The position numbers were made by a program, and so were the translations under genes. Positions 1-9,091 of a stretch of 41,041 nt of DNA are shown here, piece by piece. The DNA comes from Nemertoderma westbladi (taxonomy: Eukaryota; Animalia; Xenacoelomorpha), in the NCBI GenBank assembly GCA_032718475.1, contig JAUCBJ010002542.1, positions 1-41,041 on the forward strand. Direction: 5' to 3'. The notes beneath the pieces were generated by a model, which had not been told where the DNA came from, ran no database searches, and saw only the letters and a program-made list of their open reading frames with translations. The first letter of the stretch is position 1. Each line of letters starts with the position of its first letter.

Positions 1-1
1 A

Positions 2-3000
2 TACAAGGCTCGAACCAACGATAGGAGAGAACAGGTTGCCAAGACTCCTCCTCAGTCTCCTAACAGAATGCACGGAAGAAAGACCGAAGAAAGAACGAGA
101 GTGCATCAAGTTACCCAAGGTAAAGTGAGTAACATCAAACCAAACTGTGCGCTGTGCGACGGGCCCCACCGTTTGAGTGCGTGTGCTGAATTTCTAAAGA
201 AATCCCTTGTAGACAGACGTGCAGTCATGTGGGATAAGCGGTTATGCTATAATTGCCTCAGATCAGGACACCAACGGCGAACCTGTTACTCCGACGTAAA
301 GTGTGCAAAGTGTGGCGCGAAACATCACATCTTGTTACACAGTGAGTTCGAACGAGACAACCCGAGTCAGGTAAGTGAGCCCGAACTACATGTCCAATTC
401 AGTGATGTAAATGACACTGATCAAGAGTCTGAGATGGAAGGATTCTATACTGACGAATTCTCCGACGCCAACGAATCCTGTTACCTAATAAATACCGCAG
501 TGTATCGAGCACTTACTTACGAAAAGGACACCGACAATGAGTTTCCCCCAACTACTTTTGCCAGACAACCATCTTGGAAAGCTCCAACTTCCAACGTAGG
601 AATCAGAGAATTTCCTGTAGTGCAGGTAAGAGTTCACGGTCCTAACAAAAGTTACATAGTGAACGCCCTCCTTGACTCCGGCAGCACAGGAACATTCATC
701 GATCAAGAACTAGCCGAAGATATCTTTGCTGGACAACCCAAATTCCGGACTAAATTGAATATGTCAGGAATTATGCAGGTTTGGAAATCTACCCTAACGG
801 CAGATTACTATGTAGGTGTGTTGTCCACCCCCCAGGATAAATTAGGAGCACAAGGTATAAGGTCGGTAAAAATGGTGGCTATAAAGAACTTCGCTACTAC
901 CCAAGCAGATCTTTATAATTGGGACGAGGATGAGAGCATCCAACAGCTTAAGATACCTCGATTCCAGACAGATTATCCTGGAGTGCAAATACTCATCGGC
1001 CAAAACGCGCATGAGGCGCTCGAGACATTGGAGAAACGGCCTGCTCAACCGCAGCCACTGCAAACCTATGCGGTAAGAACTAGAGTAGGTTGGTACTTTA
1101 CTGGCCCTTCCCGCAGAACTCTCGAAGAGAGAATGCCACAAGAACGAATATACCAAGTAAACGATTGGGAAGTGGAGAGCAGTGAGGTGGACGAACTAAC
1201 TGAGGGAACACCATACTCCTCAGATAATGACGACATCTACCAACTCTTCGATGAAGAGAACACAATCGACCTACTTACAGAAAACAAAACGTGGAAAAAC
1301 CAGGTGAACCTATGTCAACTGATTCGCCCATCGGGACCCATTGATTACAATGACGAACTAAATGATGAGATAGAGCGCTACAACGCTAGAACTCGGGACG
1401 AACTCGCCGTACGATTCTTTACTCAAGAATTGGTAGAGCCCAATTCATACGATAAGGCCCTATCGATAGAAGAAGAAAGAGCCAAGCAAATCCAGGAAAC
1501 AACTACCCGTTTTTTAAAAGATCAAGGTAGATATGAAATCGGCCTACCATTTCGAAAACGAGAACCTAGATTTATAAATAACAGACCCTTGGCAGAGAAA
1601 AGAATCACTCAATTACATCGACGCCTTACGGCTAACGCTTCAGCTAAAGAAATGTACCAAACTCAGTTGAAGAAATTTATTACAAAGGGATACGCGGAGC
1701 GAGTACCGGAAGGAACACCAGTAACTGAGAGAACGTATTACTTAACACATCATTACGTTCCCAAACCCGGTAAACCCCATGAAGTACGAGTCGTATTCGA
1801 TGGCTCTGCTCTATATATGGGCCAATCCCTCAATTCCGAGTTGTTACCAGGACCCAACTTACTCCAATCCTTGTTGGGAATACTTTTAAGATTAAGACAA
1901 TATTCCATCGCGTTCGCCTCCGATATAGAAGGAATGTTCTTACAAGTCAAGGCGCTGGATAGAGATAGAGACAGCCTGAGATTTCTGTGGTGGCCTGAAG
2001 GAGATCTCAACCAGAAACCGGTAGAGTACTGGATGACCATCCAGGCTTTTGGGATCATATCAAGCCCTTCCAACGCCTGCTCCGTGGTGCGGACCACTGC
2101 GAATGACAACCGAGACGCCTTCTCAAAAGAGGTGATAGACAACATCAAGCGTAATATATACATGGACGACAATTTAAGGTCCCTTCCATCAGTAGAAGAA
2201 GCCATTGATGTCGCGAAAGGAACGGTAGAGTGTTTGAAAAGAGGTGGATTTCGACTGACGAAATTCACCAGCAACTCCCGTGAGTTTCTGGAAGCGATAC
2301 CGGTAGAAGACCGAGGAACGAAAGATCTAGACTTAATAAAGGACGATCTTCCAGAAACCAAGACGCTTGGCTTGAAGTGGGACACCGAAAGAGATATCCT
2401 GTTTTTTCAGCTAAAACAGCGAGATAATCCAGTTCGGACCAAACGGATTTGTTTAAGTATCCTGAGCACTTATTTCGACCCATTGGGATTTATTAGCCCA
2501 GTTATATTGATTGCTCGGAGTTTAGTACAACAAATGTGGCTTGAAAACCACTCATGGGACGATCCACTTAAGGGAGAACTGTTAAAGAAATGGATGAAAT
2601 GGGAAGATTCTCTACCTGCCATCGAGAGCTTTGTAATTTCCCGTGCATATTTTGGTCATGTTCTTCCTACGTATTCCTATCAACTCCATGTGTTTGGAGA
2701 CGCCAGCGACATGGGAATAGGTATAGTAGCATATCTGCGAGTCGAAACTCCGGATGGAATCAAAGTCGCCTTGGTTACCTCTAAGGCATTGATTAACAAC
2801 AAGTTAAAGGTTCCTCGAGCGGAGTTAAAAGCGGCTTTATACGCTACAGCCATCGGCCGGAACGTAACAGAACAAATCGACTATCCACTGGAGAAAACTG
2901 TTTATTGGACCGACGCTTTACTCGTGTTGGAGTATATAACCAATGAAGTCTGTCAGTTCAGCGTTTTTGTTACTAACAGGGTAGCTATTATTCTTAGTCG

Positions 3001-4774
3001 CACAAAGATAGATCAATGGAGACATTGCCCTGGTACGATTAATCCAGCCGATATCGCCTCCAGGGGAGCGACTCCACAGGAACTGATAGATACTCCAGAC
3101 TGGTTGGGTGGACCCGACTTCCTGAGTAAGGAAGAGGATGAATGGCCTCCTCACCTTACTACGGCGGAGATTAGACAAGCCAAGGGAGCGGAGAAAGTCA
3201 AACCTAAAACCCGGGCGAGTAAATCGAAGTTATTTAAACCGACGATCGATCTATCTGTATTGCATACTTCCGGAAACGATGCTTCGGATCCACAATCCCT
3301 CGCCACAAATAAGTCTGTTGTGGAAATTAGAGATAGAGATTGGAAATCTGGAACACCAGACGTCTCGCAAGGAATCTCACCCCTGCTGCAGAGAGCAATG
3401 CATCACTACAGTTCCTGGAATCGGCTCTGTAAAGCCGTCACATATTTAAGGCGATGTTTTCATCATCACTACTCCAGGACGAAGACCATTAGTGATACCG
3501 CTCCATTGACATCTGCGCAAGTTCATGTTATTAAAAATTTACCCAAATATAAGACATCCGACCGGTTTCTAAAGGAAAAAATCAGTTACCAGGAGCATGA
3601 AGAAACCAATAAGCAGATACTGAGACTCCTGCAATGCTATGAGGATTCCGATAAGTATTTCCTGTTGTTGAGAAATCCGCAGATGCGCTTAAGGGATCGC
3701 TTCTCTAGCACAATGATAGATGGGTTAATACGTGTTGGAGGAAGGCTCACCAATGCGCCATTATCCTTTGACACTAAATTCCCCATACTCATTAGAAATC
3801 TTGAAGTACAAATCAAGATGATTGTAGATGTTCACAGTAAACTTTATCATGCTGGTAGAGAACGAGTTCTTAGCGAAATTCGAACTCGCTATTATTTTGA
3901 TAAACCCCGTAGAGCTCTGAACCAAGTTCTTAGGAACTGCATACCCTGTAGGAAAGCATTCAGTAGGCCTTTAACACAGCGAGAGGCAGAATTACCTAGG
4001 GAACGAGTAAGCTTCTATGAACCACCTTTTACTAATACTGGTGTAGATTTATTTGGCCCTATTGAAGTATATCGTGCTAGGACTATAGTCAAGAGATGGT
4101 GTGTCATCTTCGTATGCATGACTTGTAGAGCCATCCATCTCGATATGGTGAACGATCTATCTACCAACAGCTTCGTCTTAAGTTTACGCCGACAGATCGC
4201 TCGCTTCGGGACGAGTAATACCATGAGATCGGATAAGGGAACGAACTTCATTGGTGCCAACAACGAAATCCAGGCTTACGTGAAGGACTGGAACCAAAGA
4301 CAGGTGGACGATCAGCTAAGGATAACAGCGTCTAGCTGGACCTTCAACGCCGCCGACGCCCCTTGGTGGGGAGGAAGTTGGGAGAGATTAATTAGAAGTG
4401 TCAAGACCGCATTTCACTTTATAGTGCCATGCCGCGCGTATCTCACCGACGAACTTTTGCGGACATTAATGGAGGAAATAGCTGCCTATCTCAACGAGAG
4501 ACCGCTTATGCCAGTCTCATCGAGTCTCGATTCCCTGGAAGCGCTAACACCCGCGCACTTCCTACTGAAGAAACCTGTAGCCATGCTCCCACGATCGGAG
4601 ATTACCGACGGAGACGAATACTGCCGTCGAACTTGGCAACTTATGCAGTTGCTATCCCGTCGTTTCGCTGACCATTTCGAGAAACATTATCTGCCCACGC
4701 TACAACTTCGAACTAAGTGGTACAGAAGCAGACAGGTCGTATCATCGAGACTCCCATCTCGGATGATGGTTTAG
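2..4774 (+). CDS. pol: BEL/Pao Gag-Pol polyprotein (5'-truncated by window; C-terminus frameshifted)
   Basis: Frame is open from base 2 (first ATG at 68). Knuckles CALCDGPHRLSAC, CYNCLRSGHQRRTC and CAKCGAKHHILLH. Protease LLDSGS. RT motifs VRVVFDGS, SDIEGMFLQ and YMDD. Pao RNase H motifs HVFGDAS, PRAEL and NPADIASRG. Integrase HHCC (HSKLYH...CIPC) and DDE (GVDLFGP, RSDKGTNF, GGSWERLI). Confidence 0.96.
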   Translation, partial: YKARTNDRREQVAKTPPQSPNRMHGRKTEERTRVHQVTQGKVSNIKPNCALCDGPHRLSACAEFLKKSLVDRRAVMWDKRLCYNCLRSGHQRRTCYSDVKCAKCGAKHHILLHSEFERDNPSQVSEPELHVQFSDVNDTDQESEMEGFYTDEFSDANESCYLINTAVYRALTYEKDTDNEFPPTTFARQPSWKAPTSNVGIREFPVVQVRVHGPNKSYIVNALLDSGSTGTFIDQELAEDIFAGQPKFRTKLNMSGIMQVWKSTLTADYYVGVLSTPQDKLGAQGIRSVKMVAIKNFATTQADLYNWDEDESIQQLKIPRFQTDYPGVQILIGQNAHEALETLEKRPAQPQPLQTYAVRTRVGWYFTGPSRRTLEERMPQERIYQVNDWEVESSEVDELTEGTPYSSDNDDIYQLFDEENTIDLLTENKTWKNQVNLCQLIRPSGPIDYNDELNDEIERYNARTRDELAVRFFTQELVEPNSYDKALSIEEERAKQIQETTTRFLKDQGRYEIGLPFRKREPRFINNRPLAEKRITQLHRRLTANASAKEMYQTQLKKFITKGYAERVPEGTPVTERTYYLTHHYVPKPGKPHEVRVVFDGSALYMGQSLNSELLPGPNLLQSLLGILLRLRQYSIAFASDIEGMFLQVKALDRDRDSLRFLWWPEGDLNQKPVEYWMTIQAFGIISSPSNACSVVRTTANDNRDAFSKEVIDNIKRNIYMDDNLRSLPSVEEAIDVAKGTVECLKRGGFRLTKFTSNSREFLEAIPVEDRGTKDLDLIKDDLPETKTLGLKWDTERDILFFQLKQRDNPVRTKRICLSILSTYFDPLGFISPVILIARSLVQQMWLENHSWDDPLKGELLKKWMKWEDSLPAIESFVISRAYFGHVLPTYSYQLHVFGDASDMGIGIVAYLRVETPDGIKVALVTSKALINNKLKVPRAELKAALYATAIGRNVTEQIDYPLEKTVYWTDALLVLEYITNEVCQFSVFVTNRVAIILSRTKIDQWRHCPGTINPADIASRGATPQELIDTPDWLGGPDFLSKEEDEWPPHLTTAEIRQAKGAEKVKPKTRASKSKLFKPTIDLSVLHTSGNDASDPQSLATNKSVVEIRDRDWKSGTPDVSQGISPLLQRAMHHYSSWNRLCKAVTYLRRCFHHHYSRTKTISDTAPLTSAQVHVIKNLPKYKTSDRFLKEKISYQEHEETNKQILRLLQCYEDSDKYFLLLRNPQMRLRDRFSSTMIDGLIRVGGRLTNAPLSFDTKFPILIRNLEVQIKMIVDVHSKLYHAGRERVLSEIRTRYYFDKPRRALNQVLRNCIPCRKAFSRPLTQREAELPRERVSFYEPPFTNTGVDLFGPIEVYRARTIVKRWCVIFVCMTCRAIHLDMVNDLSTNSFVLSLRRQIARFGTSNTMRSDKGTNFIGANNEIQAYVKDWNQRQVDDQLRITASSWTFNAADAPWWGGSWERLIRSVKTAFHFIVPCRAYLTDELLRTLMEEIAAYLNERPLMPVSSSLDSLEALTPAHFLLKKPVAMLPRSEITDGDEYCRRTWQLMQLLSRRFADHFEKHYLPTLQLRTKWYRSRQVVSSRLPSRMMV

Positions 4775-4977
4775 TGCGCTCGGTAGAACTCGTCGTCATG
4801 CGGCGTAACTTCAAGAAGCCAGGCATAATCTTTGAGACGCAACAACTCAACCGCCCAGTTGGTCGTTTATGTTTACTGGAAAGAGACAGAGAACTCTCCG
4901 GAAACTATGGAAGGCAAGACACTCTTCCCACGACCACCTCCCTAATTCCTCAAACATCTAGGGACTCCCCAATGTGA
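4734..4977 (+). pseudogene. Out-of-frame C-terminal remnant of the BEL integrase tail (DUF5641-like)
   Basis: GRIIETPISDDGLVRSVELVV...RPVGRLCLLE is the usual end of BEL Pol. It lies in a different frame from the upstream LQLRTKW, and the usual intervening GD-V-L...W-LG segment is absent, which indicates a frameshifting deletion near 4730. Confidence 0.85.
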
Positions 4978-5491
4978 TACGTCTGGAGTGGGTGCATGAC
5001 TATATTATTCTATCTATTTTTATTATATTTTTATATGCGAACATTATTATGTACTTTATTATAATCGTTTTTATTCAATTTTATTTAGTAGAAGGTTATT
5101 TTAGATTATTTGGTAGATTAGTGCAATATATTAGTGTTTATTACGTAATTACATATATATAATATATATTTAGTGTGACGGCGAGAAATAATTTTTTCTC
5201 TTTCCTTACTGTCCGTATCATATTATAAATACGTGACTACAGTAAGATGAAATGTCCGTACTTATTAAAGTACAATAAAGCCACTACTATATTTAAGTAT
5301 TATTGGTAGGCAGAGTATTAGGAATGCAAAGTTCAGATCCTCGTGTCTCGGCTAAACCAAGCTCTGGGTAGACCTTGGAAACGACTTGCCTCTTCACACT
5401 GACATTGCTTCGTGCGATATTGCTCTTCTACCTTATATTAAATAATACATATAGTAGCGTGATGTCCCTCTAACAGTAGCGTAAAACGCAA

Positions 5492-5815
5492 ATAAATCTG
5501 TTAAACCTTTGACCATCTGTAATTCTAGTCGATTAAGATATCGCGGCATCCACCGATATACTTGAAAGACAAATTCTAGAATCAGTGGTTAACGTCCCCA
5601 GACAAGTTCTGGAATAAATCGGTGCCCATCTTAAATATTAATTTAATATTTATTAAAATCTGTAAAATTCAGATCCTTTAAAATTTCTAGTCAATTAAGA
5701 TATCGCAGCACTTACCGATACTCTTAAAAGACAATTTTATAGAATTAAGGATCCTAAGTCCCCAGACATGCTCTGGAATAAAAATTGTGTCAATTTTAAC
5801 ATCAAATAATAAAAT
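5492..5815. repeat. Diverged tandem duplication, ~162-bp unit, 2 copies
   Basis: ttctagtcgattaagatatcgcggcatccaccgata...gtccccagacaagttctggaataaa (from 5523) versus ttctagtcaattaagatatcgcagcacttaccgata...gtccccagacatgctctggaataaa (from 5685). Confidence 0.85.
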
Positions 5816-6418
5816 TCACGGGAATAAATTTAAATTCATATCTTGGATGAATTTCATAAATTGTCATTTTGTGCAATTTATAACATTCCCAAAATTCCAT
5901 TAATTAATAGATCATGGGAGCGGAGATTCATCCTATTGAGTGTATTAGAGTGCGAGAATCTCCAACATATAGTCAATAGCCGATAAAAATTTAATAAAAT
6001 CATGCATAGAGAGGATATTGACAATTAAAGAATTACTATTAAATAGCATTCCAGATCTGTATGCATGAGAATTACCCCAATTCTACCGCTAGCTTTCCAT
6101 AATGTCACCATAGCAACACCCACGCTAGAATTAGAAGCAAGTTAAAAGAACAATAGAAAGCTTGTCCCATTGCCTAGCATAGAGAATGCATAGCATACTG
6201 TTAGTATCCAAGGATACACAGTAATAACGTGACATTCTGGAAGGCACTGACTAACGGACAAATGGCCTGTATGTGTACAATTGGTGACAGTTGTGTGGAA
6301 TTTGTGCGTTTATAGGTGAATGTTACTGCTAAAGTATGTTTACAGTAGCTAGTCGCAATTGTGAAAGTAACCCAACTCTCCTATAGAAAGAACCTAAAGT
6401 GGATCCAAGCCTTTGGGA

Positions 6419-6561
6419 CGGACAGTGGAGTGACTTGTGCCGGTTATCGTTGTCGTGCTGTTGCTACATGTTGGCGTAAACACCGCGACGACGGTACATC
6501 GGCGCTGAGAATCCCACTGTCTGGGGGCAACGAGAGGTAGGCAGCGATGCCCGCTAGCCTA
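6419..6561 (+). other. Long imperfect RNA hairpin (6419-6523) plus small hairpin (6538-6561) upstream of ATG 6604
   Basis: Pairings read by hand: cggacagtgg/ccactgtctg, gtgccggt/atcggcgc and tatcgttgtcgtgctgtt/aacaccgcgacgacggta. Most non-Watson-Crick pairs are G.U on the + strand. Second stem is taggcagcg/cgctagccta. Confidence 0.75.
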
Positions 6562-6874
6562 AACATAAACTCATTTTGATATTAATAAACTCAGATAGCA
6601 GATATGACGGAGTTGATAGAAGATGATCTTGGTATTAGGGAGCGATATACTCTACCTTTACAAGCATTTGTGGATAGCTTAATACGCGGTGAAGCCGATC
6701 CAACCATTACGGAGGACGATGGTCGTTATATCGAACCGCCGATGTCCCAAGAGCAACTTGCGCGTGAATTGGACTATCAAAAATTCACCGCTCGCTATAT
6801 GAATCGTAATGGTACGTATATGGACTTCTTAACTACCGGCCATCCTATCGATTTACATGATACGGACGATGTAG

Positions 6875-9091
6875 ACACAGAAAGGGAAATGGTTCTATTT
6901 AAATATAAACCAAAACGATAAACCGAGAATAGAACACGAAAATTCTATTCGTAACAGACTGGAAAGAGAAAACGTTGAAGAACCGGATAAACGCATCGAC
7001 TTCAACGACTACCTGGAATTTTTTAGAGAAACTTATCTCAACATCGCCAGTCAGCAGAACCTAGAGACTCGATATCCTCAAGGTATACATCATGACCCTA
7101 TGGTAGAACTTTTAGGTCCACTACCTGTTATCCCGGATAGTTTTGAACAAATGGAAGAATATTGCAAAACTGGAGAACGATCACCCGCGTTTCCTCTACA
7201 GGACGTACGTCTTTGGTATTATTGTGACGAATGCCCTAGACCCAACCAACAAACTGAAAGACATAAACATCCGCGGAGACGTTGCACTAAACACAGCTTT
7301 ACACGTTATACTTACGGGAGTTTCGAGCGAAACCTGTTCGACGTATCACCTACGATCGCTCGTCTTAAACGATCACTGAATAAACCCATGATCAGAGTTC
7401 CGGAATACTCGGTCAGGCCTCCTCATTCCCTAGTGAGACCTCAAACTCTTGATCCTAACAGTATCACTGATCCTCCCGAACTATATTCCCTGTTCAAAGA
7501 CTTAGTGTTACCCGAACAATTAATCGGTGGTGCTCCGGTAGTGGGTTCGTTAGACATTCGCCCCTCCTACTTAGCCAGATTGGGACGCGGGCAGCTAATA
7601 TCGCCATTTGATCCTTACAATCGTCCAGGATTAAACCCGATGCAACCCGCCACGGAAGTCGAGGAGAGCGTTATAAGAAATGCTTTAGACGCTATTCGAC
7701 AGAAGATCGGAAAGGGAACACAAGATTGTTTAGAGAAACGTAAATTACGACAACAAGTCCAATCGGTGAAGGAGTTAGCCTTGCCACAGTTCGATAGAGA
7801 AATCCAAAACCTTGAGGAGGACATTGAGCTTGGACGCACGTATTCTCTACAAGAGTTTCTAGATGAACACTTACAGAGACAAGCGGAAGAAAATCTACTC
7901 GAGGAGAAACACACGAAAATGGACGAGAGAGAAGAAGCCGCTTTAGCCCAACCCGAAGCTCAAATCCTTAAGACAGATCTCTACTCTAAAACCGTCCGTC
8001 ATCCCTCGATGATTCCACATTTCGGAGACAAACTCTTCGCGACGATACAACCTCAACTGGTTGATATCAGTACAGGATCGCAAAATCTTATCGCTGACAC
8101 CCCTATGTTACAGCGTCCGCCAATCGAGGCCGCTCGTGTTGACGGTATACTCGTTGAACCTCCGGACAATCGAGCGGATCTTGTCCGTCGTATGGTACAC
8201 GATGTCAACATACGCGCTAGACCTTTACAGAACTCGTTTTATGGGATTAAAGACCACCCTTATTACGTTAATCTGACTCAATATTATATGGTAAAACCAG
8301 AAGACCCGACGCATAATTTAAAGTTTCTACCACTAATAAATCCTCTAGACATTGTCGAACTCGAACAATTGCAGAAACATCTGGATCAGTTAGTAAAGGT
8401 AAACTCATTTAGAAAACCATATAACATTTCTCGAATCGAGAAGGATATAGAACCTCCTTATAATCTCGATGGATTTATTAAAACTCGATTAGTCCATTGG
8501 AATCTAGATGTATTATTTGAAGAAGAGAAAATACAAAGATATGGAAATGTGGAGACGTATACCACTCGGCACATGAAGTATAGTGATCTCCCTGACGCTA
8601 ACCAATGCGCCACCTTGTGGCATCCAGTAGGGATGACCCTAGAGAACGCCACCAAGGAGTGGAATGAAACTCTTAATGTTATTGAGATGTATGGAGTTGT
8701 CACCTACGATAATGAAGGTAGCGTTCCGGTCAGAGAACTAGGAACTACGCGAATGATCCACATACGCGGATTAGCTGGTTCTACACACGTGTTTACTCGA
8801 GCGTGTTCCGACGTGATTGATTATTCCTTTGAAACTCTCACCGAAACACAAAAGAATCTCCGACATGGACAATTCGACCTCGCGCAGCGTTACGTCATTG
8901 ACACCGAACGCAAACTGGCCATGGGTATCGATGGATCGATGTTACCCCAGCCCGTACTCGAGATGTTGTTCAACGAAAGAATCCTTAAAATCGGCTCAGC
9001 TGTTTATGGAGATCTCCAAAACGACTTTCGGAATATGGAGAACATTCCATACCCTTTCGTTGATACTCAGCTGATTGCTCCCTGGGCATAA
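6875..9091 (+). CDS. Central segment of accessory ORF (Cys/His cluster, charged helical region, N-terminal half of DEDDy exonuclease-like domain)
   Basis: 663-aa ORF from ATG 7100, open upstream to 6875. Contains CDECP...HKHPRRRCTKH, an E/K/Q-rich helical stretch, and the Exo I and Exo II motifs near its end. Confidence 0.7.
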   Translation, partial: TQKGKWFYLNINQNDKPRIEHENSIRNRLERENVEEPDKRIDFNDYLEFFRETYLNIASQQNLETRYPQGIHHDPMVELLGPLPVIPDSFEQMEEYCKTGERSPAFPLQDVRLWYYCDECPRPNQQTERHKHPRRRCTKHSFTRYTYGSFERNLFDVSPTIARLKRSLNKPMIRVPEYSVRPPHSLVRPQTLDPNSITDPPELYSLFKDLVLPEQLIGGAPVVGSLDIRPSYLARLGRGQLISPFDPYNRPGLNPMQPATEVEESVIRNALDAIRQKIGKGTQDCLEKRKLRQQVQSVKELALPQFDREIQNLEEDIELGRTYSLQEFLDEHLQRQAEENLLEEKHTKMDEREEAALAQPEAQILKTDLYSKTVRHPSMIPHFGDKLFATIQPQLVDISTGSQNLIADTPMLQRPPIEAARVDGILVEPPDNRADLVRRMVHDVNIRARPLQNSFYGIKDHPYYVNLTQYYMVKPEDPTHNLKFLPLINPLDIVELEQLQKHLDQLVKVNSFRKPYNISRIEKDIEPPYNLDGFIKTRLVHWNLDVLFEEEKIQRYGNVETYTTRHMKYSDLPDANQCATLWHPVGMTLENATKEWNETLNVIEMYGVVTYDNEGSVPVRELGTTRMIHIRGLAGSTHVFTRACSDVIDYSFETLTETQKNLRHGQFDLAQRYVIDTERKLAMGIDGSMLPQPVLEMLFNERILKIGSAVYGDLQNDFRNMENIPYPFVDTQLIAPWA

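Noticed and set aside
485-4671. Short antisense and alternative-frame ORFs within pol (e.g. 1753-2385)
   Set aside because: Shadows of the long pol frame with no independent motifs.
4974-5162. 62-aa hydrophobic ORF after pol
   Set aside because: Translation of an AT-rich low-complexity tract with a GTG start.
6419-6561. Hammerhead/HDV ribozyme or tRNA
   Set aside because: No CUGAUGA/GAAA core, HDV pseudoknot pattern or cloverleaf could be identified by eye.
6898-6904. TTTAAAT as a -1 slippery heptamer joining ORF 6604-6921 to the next frame
   Set aside because: The join needs a +1 shift, and the heptamer is phased in the downstream frame, so it would shift the wrong way.
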